Below, in pieces: positions 7,154 through 16,032 of a stretch of DNA of 64,000 nt (position 1 is the first letter of the stretch; the number at the start of each line of letters is the position of its first letter). The stretch comes from Candidatus Magasanikiibacteriota bacterium. GTDB lineage: Bacteria; Patescibacteriota; Patescibacteriia; Magasanikbacterales; GWA2-37-8. The DNA lies in NCBI GenBank assembly GCA_041678665.1, contig JBAYNU010000001.1, forward strand, positions 80,996 through 144,995, in the 5' to 3' direction. Made by a program: the position numbers and the translations under genes. A model generated the notes under the pieces. The model did not search any database. It saw nothing but the letters and a program-made list of their open reading frames with translations, and was not told the DNA's origin.

Positions 7154-10105
7154 TTACTTACTAACAGCGAATTCACTCACCCACCCCAAAAACTTATCAA
7201 AATTTTTCTGGTCGCCTTGGAACTCAATGATTTTGTCGGTATTTTTTAGACCATTGGGATAAACTTCCAGCACATCATATTTATTTTCACCGGTTTTTAA
7301 ATCCGTATCCGACAGCCTACGCGCGCTGTAATTATAAAATTCGGTGGTGGTAATAGTTGCTTCCGGCACCGGATGACCCATTTTTTGTACAAACACCATA
7401 AAATATTCCTTACCATCGGCCGACGCGAATTTCACCCCATCTTCCCAATGGCTCACTTGCCAAGAGCGCGGATATTTTATAGCCATCTTTACAAAACTAT
7501 CTTCATTATAAGTGGTTTCGCCGGTTTGCACTTGCGCCAATTTCGCATCTAACTCCGCCCGGATTCTATCTTCGGCTGTTCCCAAATCACTCACCACTTT
7601 TGCCTTAAAATCATCAAGCATCGCCTGCTGATTAATCGCCTGACAAGTATAACCCGAAAGGCCAAGCACGAGCCCCAAGACGCCAAAAATTAAAAGTAAT
7701 TTGGAAGCCATAGCAACATTAAATTTAGAAGTAAATTTGGTACCAAGTTTCTTTTCCATATCAGCAATACGTTGTCTGGTTTTAAGAACGGTGTCGGGAT
7801 TGAGAGATATACTATCTATCCCCTCTTGCACCAAAAATTCGGCAAATTCGGGATAGTCGCTGGGCGCTTGTCCGCAAATTCCTACCTTGCGACCATGTTT
7901 GTGGGCGGTGCGGATAACATCGCGAATTAATTTTTTTACGGCCGCATTTTTTTCGTCATATACATGACTGACGAGCGCGCTATCGCGATCCACTCCAAGT
8001 GTAAGCTGGGTTAGATCGTTACTGCCAATACTAAACCCATCAAAAATTTCACTAAACTCATCGGCCAAAATCACATTGCTGGGAATTTCGCACATTACAT
8101 AAACCTGCAAACCATTTTTGCCCCGCTCCAAACCAAATTCTTTCATGGTCGCCAAAACTTTTTTACCTTCTTCTACGGTGCGACAAAACGGCACCATCAC
8201 AATGACATTTTTTAGTCCCCAATGCTCACGCACTTTTTTGATTGCCTCACACTCCAATTTAAACCCGGGCTTATAAGCCGGATCATAATAACGCGAAGCC
8301 CCCCGCCAGCCGATCATGGGGTTTTCTTCTTTGGGTTCATAATCATGCCCGCCAATTAAAGTGGCATATTCATTAGTTTTAAAATCCGACAAACGCACGA
8401 TCACATCACTCGGCGCAAAAGCCGTGGCGATAAAAGCAATACCTTCGGCCAACTTATCTACACAAAATTGTGATTTGTTATCGTAACCAATAGTCAACTC
8501 GTCAATTTTATTCCTTACTCCTTTATCCTTAATCCTTTCGTAGTTCACCAAAGCCATTGGATGGATCTTGATAAAATTGGTAAAAATAAATTCCTCGCGC
8601 GCCAGCCCCACCCCGCCATTGGGAATGGCAGCCAGTGAAAATGCGCTATCCGGATCGCCCACATTCATCATGATTTTGGTACGCGTGGATTTGATTTGTT
8701 TGATCTCGTGCTTTTCCACCTCAAACGGCAAAAGCCCTTTATACACATACCCCACTTCACCCTGCGCGCACGACACTGTTACCGGCTCGCCGGCATAAAC
8801 AAGCTTGCGCGCGCCTTTGGCGCCCACAATACATGGTATTCCCAGCTCGCGACTCACAATCGCCGCATGGCTGGTCTTGCCACCCTGCTCGGTAACAATG
8901 GCCGCGGCAATGCGCATAATGGGCTCCCAATCGGGGTCGGTAATGCGAGTAATCAAAACTTCGCCCGGCTTGAATTGTTTCATTTGTTTGGGCGAGTTAA
9001 TCACCCGCGCGCGACCATGACCAATTTTTTGCCCCACACTCGCGCCGGTCACTAATACTTTGCCTGCCTCCTTGGATTTGAGACGATAATTTTCAATTAC
9101 ATTAATTTTTGCTTGTGATTTTACGGTTTCTCCACGTGCTTGTACGATAAATAATTTTTTGGTTCTGCCATCGAGCGCCCATTCAATATCCATGGCATGG
9201 CCATAATGCTCTTCGATAATCATGCCCCACTTGGCCAGTTGAATAACTTGATCTTCGGTAAGGCAATATTGTTTTCGATCCGACACTGCCACCTTTTCTT
9301 GTTTGGTACCTACCTTACCATAAATTAACTTGACCTCTTTTGAGCCCAACCGTCGGCTAATAATTGATTTAAAACCTTTTTTCGCGCCTTCTTTATATAC
9401 ATAATACTGATCCGGCACTACCCGGCCCTTAACCACATATTCACCCAAACCATAGGCGGCGTTGATTAAAACCACGCCTTTAAAACCGGATTCGGTATCC
9501 AAAGTAAACATTACGCCCGAAGCGCCCATATCGGAACGTACCATCTCTTGCACGCAAACCGAAAGCGCTACCGCCGTATGCTCAAAACCCTTGGCCTCGC
9601 GATAAGAAATCGCACGGTCGGTAAATAGCGAAGCAACGCATTTTTTGCAGGCTTCGAGCAATTCTTTTTCGCCACGGACATTAAGATAGGTTTCTTGTTG
9701 TCCGGCAAAACTGGCATCAGGCAAATCTTCGGCGGTAGCCGAAGATCGCACCGCCACATCGATGGGCTTATTCTTACCAAGTTTTTTATAATTTTTAAAA
9801 ATCTCTTCTTCTATTTCTTTGGGGAATTCGGCGGACAAAACCATCTTACGCACCTTCTCACCGGCAACAGATAGCGCGCGTAAATTTTTCACATCCAATC
9901 CTTTGAGCGCTTCTTTGATTTTTTTATCCAATTTATTTTCTTTGATAAACACCCAATAGGCATCACTGGTCAACGCAAAACCATTGGGTACAGGGACACC
10001 CTTTTTAGCCAACTTAGCATACATCTCGCCGAGTGAAGCGTTTTTCCCGCCCACACTAGGAATATCTTTGATTGTCAGATCTTTAAACCAACGGACGAAG
10101 TTCAT
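7154..10105 (-). CDS. ppsA: Phosphoenolpyruvate synthase (pyruvate, water dikinase) with a ~185-aa C-terminal extension
   Basis: Collinear with PpsA over ~790 aa (VGGKNASLGEM, RSSATAEDLPDASFAGQQETYLNV, TDPDWEPIM, GGKTSHAAIVSRELGIPCIVG, IVRLSDFKTNEYA, GFSIGSNDLTQL, GICGQAPSD). It then continues in-frame through MASKLLLIFGVLGLVLGLSGYTCQA... (signal-peptide/TM-like) and ~170 further residues. Confidence 0.9.
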   Translation of the reverse strand: MNFVRWFKDLTIKDIPSVGGKNASLGEMYAKLAKKGVPVPNGFALTSDAYWVFIKENKLDKKIKEALKGLDVKNLRALSVAGEKVRKMVLSAEFPKEIEEEIFKNYKKLGKNKPIDVAVRSSATAEDLPDASFAGQQETYLNVRGEKELLEACKKCVASLFTDRAISYREAKGFEHTAVALSVCVQEMVRSDMGASGVMFTLDTESGFKGVVLINAAYGLGEYVVKGRVVPDQYYVYKEGAKKGFKSIISRRLGSKEVKLIYGKVGTKQEKVAVSDRKQYCLTEDQVIQLAKWGMIIEEHYGHAMDIEWALDGRTKKLFIVQARGETVKSQAKINVIENYRLKSKEAGKVLVTGASVGQKIGHGRARVINSPKQMKQFKPGEVLITRITDPDWEPIMRIAAAIVTEQGGKTSHAAIVSRELGIPCIVGAKGARKLVYAGEPVTVSCAQGEVGYVYKGLLPFEVEKHEIKQIKSTRTKIMMNVGDPDSAFSLAAIPNGGVGLAREEFIFTNFIKIHPMALVNYERIKDKGVRNKIDELTIGYDNKSQFCVDKLAEGIAFIATAFAPSDVIVRLSDFKTNEYATLIGGHDYEPKEENPMIGWRGASRYYDPAYKPGFKLECEAIKKVREHWGLKNVIVMVPFCRTVEEGKKVLATMKEFGLERGKNGLQVYVMCEIPSNVILADEFSEIFDGFSIGSNDLTQLTLGVDRDSALVSHVYDEKNAAVKKLIRDVIRTAHKHGRKVGICGQAPSDYPEFAEFLVQEGIDSISLNPDTVLKTRQRIADMEKKLGTKFTSKFNVAMASKLLLIFGVLGLVLGLSGYTCQAINQQAMLDDFKAKVVSDLGTAEDRIRAELDAKLAQVQTGETTYNEDSFVKMAIKYPRSWQVSHWEDGVKFASADGKEYFMVFVQKMGHPVPEATITTTEFYNYSARRLSDTDLKTGENKYDVLEVYPNGLKNTDKIIEFQGDQKNFDKFLGWVSEFAVSK
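8505..8540. repeat. Short AG-rich repeat (AAAGGAGTAAGGAATAAA family) inside ppsA, in-frame
   Basis: attttattccttactcctttatccttaatcc encodes KDKGVRNK on the coding strand. Near-identical copies are at 38581..38620 (cca) and 58990..59060 (intergenic). Confidence 0.6.
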
Positions 10106-10291
10106 AAAGTTTAAAGTTGAAAGTTATAAAGGCGCGAGTTTTTTCTGTCTCGCACTTTAAAACTTTATAACTTGATAACTTTCAACTATCACATTATATC
10201 ACATTTCCCTTTTTATTAAAAACCGGCTGTGGGTAAAGTGTGGACACAAAAATCGCCCCTTCCCTCCAAATCATTCTCCTTAATTCCACGC

Positions 10292-10543
10292 CTACTTTGT
10301 CACAGCTACATCTTTTTTCTTTCCGGCCGTAAGCAAATAAACAATCTCCAAAATTCCGAGCGTGTTGATTATCATAATAGCGATAAACCAACCTAATTGA
10401 TTATTACGCCCAGCACGCCACAAAGCAATGCCTTTCCAGATAACCGACCAAATCATAAGTATAGGCATAATCAGAAGTATAAACGCAATCCAACCAACCC
10501 CGGCCGATTGCGCCTGCCCACTCGCTAAATAATCTTGCCACAT
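10292..10543 (-). CDS. Small two-helix membrane protein, unknown function
   Basis: 83-aa hydrophobic ORF with a lysine-rich C-terminus. Confidence 0.4.
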   Translation of the reverse strand: MWQDYLASGQAQSAGVGWIAFILLIMPILMIWSVIWKGIALWRAGRNNQLGWFIAIMIINTLGILEIVYLLTAGKKKDVAVTK

Positions 10544-10677
10544 ATGTACAAAAATTAAAAATTAATACTTTCATTATACACCAATTACCTCTTTTTCCAA
10601 AATCTATCGCTTCTTTTAAGGTTCGCGATTTATCAAAAATTTTTCGTCCTAACGAACAATTCGATGATAAATCTTGC

Positions 10678-11706
10678 TCATGCTAATTTTTTGTTTACCA
10701 ACATCTCAACTATAAACACTAAAGCCACAAGTACCAAAAGCACAGTCACCTTGCCGATGCTTTGCAAAAACAAAGTGGTAACACCAAATAAAATCGCAAC
10801 TAAATAATAAAACAAAACCGCCCAACGCTGACTAAAACCGGAATCAACCAACCGAAAATGTAAATGCTGTCTATCCCCTTTTGAAATTGGTGTGCCGTGA
10901 CGAGCGCGGGTAAAAATCACCCAGGCCAAATCCAAAATCGGCACCGCCATAACGAGTAGCGCAGTGGCAAATTTCCCACCCGAAATTACCGATAAAACTC
11001 CGAGCATAAATCCGAGCCACAAACTTCCACCTTCGCCCAAAAATATTTTAGCCGGATAAAAATTAAATAGTAAAAATCCTAAAATTGCTCCAGCCAGCAC
11101 TAATCCCACCAAAGCCACATCACTTTGGTGCCACCGCTCGCCATTGGCAATAAAAAATATCATGAGCGCGGCTATCCCCGAAATGCCACTGGTTAATCCA
11201 TCCAGACCGTCCAAAATTTTGGTGGTATACATCATTCCCAAAATCCAAAGAAAAACGATTGTATCAGCAATAATCGCTATGGGTCCGATACGCACAAAAT
11301 CCAAATACCAAACACCTCCAAACGGATTGGTAACTTTGTCTATCCCCACTCCACCAATAATCACTAATAACACCACTAGAGCACTAATTGGCAAACGCCA
11401 TTTATAGGATAATTTATATTTATCATCTAAGGCGCCGATAATAATTAAAACCAGTCCACCGACAAATACCCACCATAATTTTTCCACCGCCAAATTTTTG
11501 CCGATCAAATTGGTAAAATAAACCAAGTAGGCCATTACCGTCCAAAAAGCCAAAAATATCGCCAGACCACCAAGCAAAGGCACACTACGACCGTGACGCT
11601 TACGCGCTTCATTCGGGGCATCAATTATCTTATATTTAAACGCAAAAAAACGGACAAGCAATGTCAGTAATATGGATAATACGAAGGCACTTATGAAATA
11701 CAGCAT
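10678..11706 (-). CDS. Glycosyltransferase family 4 polyprenyl-phosphate sugar-1-phosphate transferase (WecA/MraY family)
   Basis: 342 aa, ~10 TM helices, DD-containing loop (GALDDKYKL), 342-aa WecA-like size. ATG at 11704..11706. Confidence 0.7.
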   Translation of the reverse strand: MLYFISAFVLSILLTLLVRFFAFKYKIIDAPNEARKRHGRSVPLLGGLAIFLAFWTVMAYLVYFTNLIGKNLAVEKLWWVFVGGLVLIIIGALDDKYKLSYKWRLPISALVVLLVIIGGVGIDKVTNPFGGVWYLDFVRIGPIAIIADTIVFLWILGMMYTTKILDGLDGLTSGISGIAALMIFFIANGERWHQSDVALVGLVLAGAILGFLLFNFYPAKIFLGEGGSLWLGFMLGVLSVISGGKFATALLVMAVPILDLAWVIFTRARHGTPISKGDRQHLHFRLVDSGFSQRWAVLFYYLVAILFGVTTLFLQSIGKVTVLLVLVALVFIVEMLVNKKLA

Positions 11707-11713
11707 ATATCGT

Positions 11714-11843
11714 TGTCATTCCGAGCGGAACGAAGTGGAGTCGAGGAATCCCTTTCCGTCAAAGGCGGACCCGCCTATGGCGGGAAACTACTACATCAAA
11801 GGGATCCTTCGGCTTCGCCCTTCGGGCTCCGCTCAGGATGACA
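11714..11843. repeat. TGTCAT-type palindromic repeat, long variant, filling the GT4-tpiA spacer
   Basis: TGTCATTCCGAGCGGAACGAAG...GGAATCCC ... GGGATCCTTCGGCTTCGCC...GCTCAGGATGACA, with an internal CGGACCCGCC-tatg-GCGGG hairpin. Confidence 0.8.
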
Positions 11844-11851
11844 GACAAAGA

Positions 11852-12619
11852 CTAAACTTGCGCCGCAATTTTTACAATCTCCATCCACTCATCCAATTTC
11901 GCGCTGGCACCACCCACCAAAACACCATTGATATTTTCTTGTTTTAAATAATCTACGACATTACTGGGTCGCACACTACCGCCATACAACACCACCGGAA
12001 CAACACCCTTGATTAATTCCGTCGTAATCTTTTTTACAAACACATGCATTTTTTCCGCTTCCGCGCTTTCGCAAGCCTCACCAGTACCAATTGCCCATAC
12101 TGGCTCGTAGGCGATAATTAATTCCATTCCCTTGGACCATTTAATATCTTCCAGGGCTCCGCGCAACTGAATTTCAATCACTTCTTGGGTTTTACCTTCG
12201 GCGCGTTCTTTTAGGGTCTCGCCCACGCACAAAACCGGCGTTAAACCAGCCGCCAGCGCCGCTTCCATTTTTTGACGCGTTTCGTGATGAGTTTCATGAA
12301 ACAAATGCCGGCGCTCGCTATGACCAATGAGCGCATATTCACATCCGACCGCTTTATACATCTGAGCCGAAACTTCTCCGGTGTAGCCACCCTTGTCCAC
12401 CCAATACAAATTCTGCGGACCAATGCCAATCCCAACATCGCGTAGCACCTGGCTGACCGGATACAAACTTAGGGCGCTCGGAAAAACTGCCATCTTAATA
12501 TTTTTTTCAAACTTTTTTGCTTCCAGCGCAATCGCATTGGCCAAAATATTACTTTCGTTATAATCCAAATACATTTTCCAATTGGCAAAAAGATAATTTT
12601 TATTTTTATGTTTTGACAT
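11852..12619 (-). CDS. tpiA: Triosephosphate isomerase
   Basis: 255 aa. ANWKMY, GHSERR, AYEPVWAIGTG and YGGSV are canonical TIM motifs. Confidence 0.9.
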   Translation of the reverse strand: MSKHKNKNYLFANWKMYLDYNESNILANAIALEAKKFEKNIKMAVFPSALSLYPVSQVLRDVGIGIGPQNLYWVDKGGYTGEVSAQMYKAVGCEYALIGHSERRHLFHETHHETRQKMEAALAAGLTPVLCVGETLKERAEGKTQEVIEIQLRGALEDIKWSKGMELIIAYEPVWAIGTGEACESAEAEKMHVFVKKITTELIKGVVPVVLYGGSVRPSNVVDYLKQENINGVLVGGASAKLDEWMEIVKIAAQV

Positions 12620-12627
12620 ATTTTTGT

Positions 12628-12702
12628 TGTCATCCTGAGGCGTAGCCGAAGGATCCCTTGAATCGTGAACGGAAGGGATTCTTCGCTCCGCTCAGAATGA
12701 CA
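12628..12702. repeat. TGTCAT-type palindromic repeat (type I arms) between tpiA and the M16 peptidase
   Basis: TGTCATCCTGAGGCGTAGCCGAAGGATCCC ... GGAAGGGATTCTTCGCTCCGCTCAGAATGACA. Confidence 0.8.
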
Positions 12703-12706
12703 ATTG

Positions 12707-14038
12707 TTAATTGAGTAATTTAATGATCTCATTTTCTTTTGCGCTACCAATTACCGCCAGGCGCGCCTCATTCCAAACAAACAGTTTCTTGGCTAATTTC
12801 AAAACATCGCCAGTGGTAACTTTTTTAATTTTTTGGAGCACCTGTTCGTAGGTTTCAATTTTTTTACTAAACCAAAATTGTTTGGCAAACCAATCGGCCA
12901 CGGCATTGCTTTCTTCCATTCCCAAAACCATCCGACCGGAAAAATTGGATTTGGCTTCGTGTAACTCTTTATCCGAAACTGGCTTAGTGGCTATCTTGTT
13001 CAGCTCTTCTTTTATTACTGCCACCGCCTCATCAAGACGAGCCGGATCCAAACCAGCCTGAATCTGCGCTGTGCCTACATCGCGAAAACTATTGCCCCCA
13101 GTATGAATCATATAGCACAGACCCCGTTTATTGCGCACTTCTTCAAATAGACGCGAACTCATCGTCCCTCCCAAAATATTTAATAAAACCGATTGGGCAT
13201 AACGGTCGGGATGGTTGTGTGGTAGACCATGAAAACCCAAAATTAGATGGGTTTGATCGAGCGGCTTTTCTTTGTTTATTATTCTTTTTTTAAGCGCGCA
13301 ATTTTGTGGCCAAGAAAATTTAGCAAATTTCTTATAATCAAATCTTACTCTGTCATCCCCATGAAAGTGGGGATCTGCCCTGTTGAGTCGCTGATCCCGA
13401 TTTTCATCGGGATGACAACGCTCAAAATATTTCAAATTTTTTGGTAATTTCTTTTTATCCACATCGCCTGCTACCACCAACACCATATTACTCGGCTGAT
13501 AAGCCGCCTTGTAATAATTTACTAAATCTATGCGAGTTAGAGCACGAACACTACTTACGGTACCACCAACATCTATCCCCAAAGTATTACCGCCAAAAAC
13601 TACTTCATCAAACAACGAATCAATCTTCATGGTAGGATTATCATCGTACATACGCAGCTCCTCGACAATCACGCCTTTTTCTTTTTCAATTTCTGATTCA
13701 TTCATTAAAGAATTAAACAACATATCCGACAGCATATCAAAAGCCAACTCACTCTGTGCCCCATCAATTTTAATATAATAACCAGTGTGATCTTTGGAAG
13801 TGTAAGCATTATATTCCGCGCCGGCCGCGTCAAGCTCGCGCGAAATTGCCTGCGTATTAGGTCGACGCTTAGTGCCCTTGAACATCATATGCTCGATAAA
13901 ATGTGAGCCACCGGAAAGCGCCGGCATTTCATAACGCGAACCAACCGGAAACAAAGCCAGCACGGTAGTTGCTTTCGTGCCGGCCACAGGAACGGTAATT
14001 AGACTGATGCCATTTTTTAACTTACTTAACTGATACAT
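12707..14038 (-). CDS. M16 (pitrilysin/insulinase) family zinc peptidase
   Basis: 443 aa. N-terminal HFIEHMMFKGT (HxxEH zinc motif) and the two-domain M16 layout. Contains one in-frame repeat insertion (see 13351..13417). Confidence 0.8.
   Translation of the reverse strand: MYQLSKLKNGISLITVPVAGTKATTVLALFPVGSRYEMPALSGGSHFIEHMMFKGTKRRPNTQAISRELDAAGAEYNAYTSKDHTGYYIKIDGAQSELAFDMLSDMLFNSLMNESEIEKEKGVIVEELRMYDDNPTMKIDSLFDEVVFGGNTLGIDVGGTVSSVRALTRIDLVNYYKAAYQPSNMVLVVAGDVDKKKLPKNLKYFERCHPDENRDQRLNRADPHFHGDDRVRFDYKKFAKFSWPQNCALKKRIINKEKPLDQTHLILGFHGLPHNHPDRYAQSVLLNILGGTMSSRLFEEVRNKRGLCYMIHTGGNSFRDVGTAQIQAGLDPARLDEAVAVIKEELNKIATKPVSDKELHEAKSNFSGRMVLGMEESNAVADWFAKQFWFSKKIETYEQVLQKIKKVTTGDVLKLAKKLFVWNEARLAVIGSAKENEIIKLLN
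13351..13417. repeat. TGTCAT-type repeat, type II (GAAA-tetraloop hairpin arms), in-frame inside the M16 peptidase
   Basis: TGTCATCCCCATGAAAGTGGGGATC ... GATCCCGATTTTCATCGGGATGACA. Translated within the ORF as ...CHPDENRDQRLNRADPHFHGDDR... Confidence 0.75.
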
Positions 14039-14040
14039 AA

Positions 14041-14568
14041 TTATTGTTCTTGTGGATGTGCTTTGGCATAAGCAAAAAATCCCGCTTGTAATTGATCAAA
14101 CTTTAATTGATCTGATTCTGATAAAACAATCTTAAGCTCAATTCCTTGCGTTCTTTGATCAATAGTATATTTACCCTTACCGATTAATTCATCGGCTCTT
14201 GCCAGAAGCAATTTATATTCTTCATCAATCTCTGTTTCGTTTTTCGAATCTCTGGCTTCATCTTTTGATAATATATTGCCGTGCTCACGATAATACTCTT
14301 CTGTATATTCTGACGGAATCCTACCACCCTTGCCAATGAATCTCTTGAGTGAATTAATATATAATGATACCACATCTTTGTGTGGCTGAAATAATTTATC
14401 TCCACGATTAAAATCATTTTGTTTAAAAATAAATACACCATCTTCTTTTACATATAAAACGTCCACATTCCAATCATGCTCAATTTTTTCAATAGTATCC
14501 CTTATTTCTTGTGTGGCTTCTTCGACAGTGTGTTCGTATTCCCTCCTCGATGAAGATTTCTCTGACAT
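14041..14568 (-). CDS. Hypothetical acidic protein
   Basis: 175-aa ORF packed tightly between glyQS and the M16 peptidase. No recognisable motif. Confidence 0.45.
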   Translation of the reverse strand: MSEKSSSRREYEHTVEEATQEIRDTIEKIEHDWNVDVLYVKEDGVFIFKQNDFNRGDKLFQPHKDVVSLYINSLKRFIGKGGRIPSEYTEEYYREHGNILSKDEARDSKNETEIDEEYKLLLARADELIGKGKYTIDQRTQGIELKIVLSESDQLKFDQLQAGFFAYAKAHPQEQ

Positions 14569-14578
14569 ATAAATATAA

Positions 14579-15952
14579 TTAAAAATTAAACCGCTCCTTT
14601 AAATAATTATTCAATTCTTTAATCTCTACTCGCTCTTGTTTCATCGTGTCGCGATCGCGCACGGTAACTTTTTTGTCCTCCAAAGAATCAAAATCCACAG
14701 TCACACAAAACGGCGTGCCAATTTCGTCTTGCCGACGATAGCGCTTTCCAATGCTTTGAGTTTCGTCATAATCCACACTGTAAGCAGTGCGTAAACCCGC
14801 GGCCAAATCTTTGGCCACCGCAGATAATTGCTCTTTTTTGGATAAGGGTAAAACCGCCACTTGAATAGGCGCTAAATGTTTGGGAAATTTCATGACAATT
14901 CGCTTTTCGCTTTCGCCTTCTTCGGTGGTCGGCGCTTCTTCTTCGTGATATGCCTCAAATAGCGCCACTAGTAGCATGCGATCAATACCAAACGTTGGCT
15001 CAATCACATGAGGCAAAAACTTTTCTCCCGACACCGGATCGGTATAATGCAAATCTTGACCACTCACTTTTTCATGACGCGACAAATCAAAATCCGTGCG
15101 ATAAGCAATACCGTGGAGTTCGCCTAGGCCAAACGGATACTTATATTCAATGTCCACGGTGCGCTTGCTATAATGCGCGCGCTCGCCATCAGGAATCTCA
15201 TGCCAAACCAAATTATCCATATTCACCTGCATCGCATCTTTCCACCAACGTTTAATTTCGCCGAGCCACATCTCAAACACTTCTTCCCAATCTTTTGGAT
15301 TAATAAAATATTCTAATTCTCCAATCTCAAACTCGCGCGTGCGAAAAATAAAATTACCGGGAGTAATTTCATTACGAAAACATTTCCCAATCTGCGCAAT
15401 CCCAAACGGCAAACGACGACGCGTAACATTGAGAATATTTTTGAAATTCACGAACATACCGCCGGCAGTTTCGGGACGCAAATAAACGGTGGATAAATTA
15501 TCTTCGGTGATGCCAATAAAGGTTTTAAACATTAAATTGAAGTTCTTCGGGGCAGTAAGAGCGCCGTCACAATCAGGGCAATTTATTTCTTCGATAGTTT
15601 TTACCTCGTCTTTCTTGTGATCGGGCTCAATTCCGGTAGCGGACAACAAATGGTCAACTCGAAAACGATGGTGGCACGATTTGCATTCTACTAGTGCATC
15701 GGAAAAATTCTGCAGGTGTCCGCTCGCCTCCCACACACGCGGATTCATAATAATAGCGCTATCTAGTGGAACCATGTCTTCACGCTCTTGGACAAAAAAC
15801 TTCCACCAGAGTGACTTGATATTTTGTTTGAGCAAATGCCCCAGCGGGCCATAATCCCAACTATTCGCTAATCCTCCATAAATTTCCGACCCCGGGAAAA
15901 TAAACCCTCTCCTTTTACAAAGTGATACAATTGTTTCGATATCTACGGACAT
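14579..15952 (-). CDS. glyQS: Glycine--tRNA ligase (dimeric class II type)
   Basis: 457 aa. N-terminal FIFPGSEIYGGLANSWDYGPLG and the class II motifs match the alpha2 GlyRS found in Gram-positives and archaea. Confidence 0.9.
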   Translation of the reverse strand: MSVDIETIVSLCKRRGFIFPGSEIYGGLANSWDYGPLGHLLKQNIKSLWWKFFVQEREDMVPLDSAIIMNPRVWEASGHLQNFSDALVECKSCHHRFRVDHLLSATGIEPDHKKDEVKTIEEINCPDCDGALTAPKNFNLMFKTFIGITEDNLSTVYLRPETAGGMFVNFKNILNVTRRRLPFGIAQIGKCFRNEITPGNFIFRTREFEIGELEYFINPKDWEEVFEMWLGEIKRWWKDAMQVNMDNLVWHEIPDGERAHYSKRTVDIEYKYPFGLGELHGIAYRTDFDLSRHEKVSGQDLHYTDPVSGEKFLPHVIEPTFGIDRMLLVALFEAYHEEEAPTTEEGESEKRIVMKFPKHLAPIQVAVLPLSKKEQLSAVAKDLAAGLRTAYSVDYDETQSIGKRYRRQDEIGTPFCVTVDFDSLEDKKVTVRDRDTMKQERVEIKELNNYLKERFNF

Positions 15953-15961
15953 AAAATATTA

Positions 15962-16030
15962 GTTCATAGTTCTAAGCCAATAGCCAATAGATTTGCGACT
16001 ACTGGATGTGAACTATTGGCTACGAACTTT
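15962..16030. repeat. ~65-nt intergenic repeat (GCCAATAG family) in the glyQS-frr spacer
   Basis: GTTCATAGTTCTAAGCCAATAGCCAATAG...GTGAACTATTGGCTACGAAC. Its ends match the reverse complement of 33164..33216. It has internal AGCCAATAG/CTATTGGCT inverted repeats. Confidence 0.6.
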
Positions 16031-16032
16031 AA

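Noticed and set aside
8568-9055. Antisense ORFs within ppsA
   Set aside because: Embedded in a strongly supported gene, with no independent evidence.
7154-10105. Intein in ppsA as the explanation for its excess length
   Set aside because: The extra ~185 residues are a C-terminal extension after a complete PpsA, not an internal insertion, and no intein splice motifs are present.
10194-10391. 65-aa ORF overlapping the start of the 10292..10543 membrane gene
   Set aside because: Overlapping frame with no motif. Likely spurious.
11672-12750. Small ORFs with CHSERSE/CHSERNE peptides (11672..11947, 12469..12750) and 39475..39696
   Set aside because: These are translations of the TGTCAT palindromic repeats. 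The recurring CHSE(R) peptide is a signature of the repeat, not a protein family.
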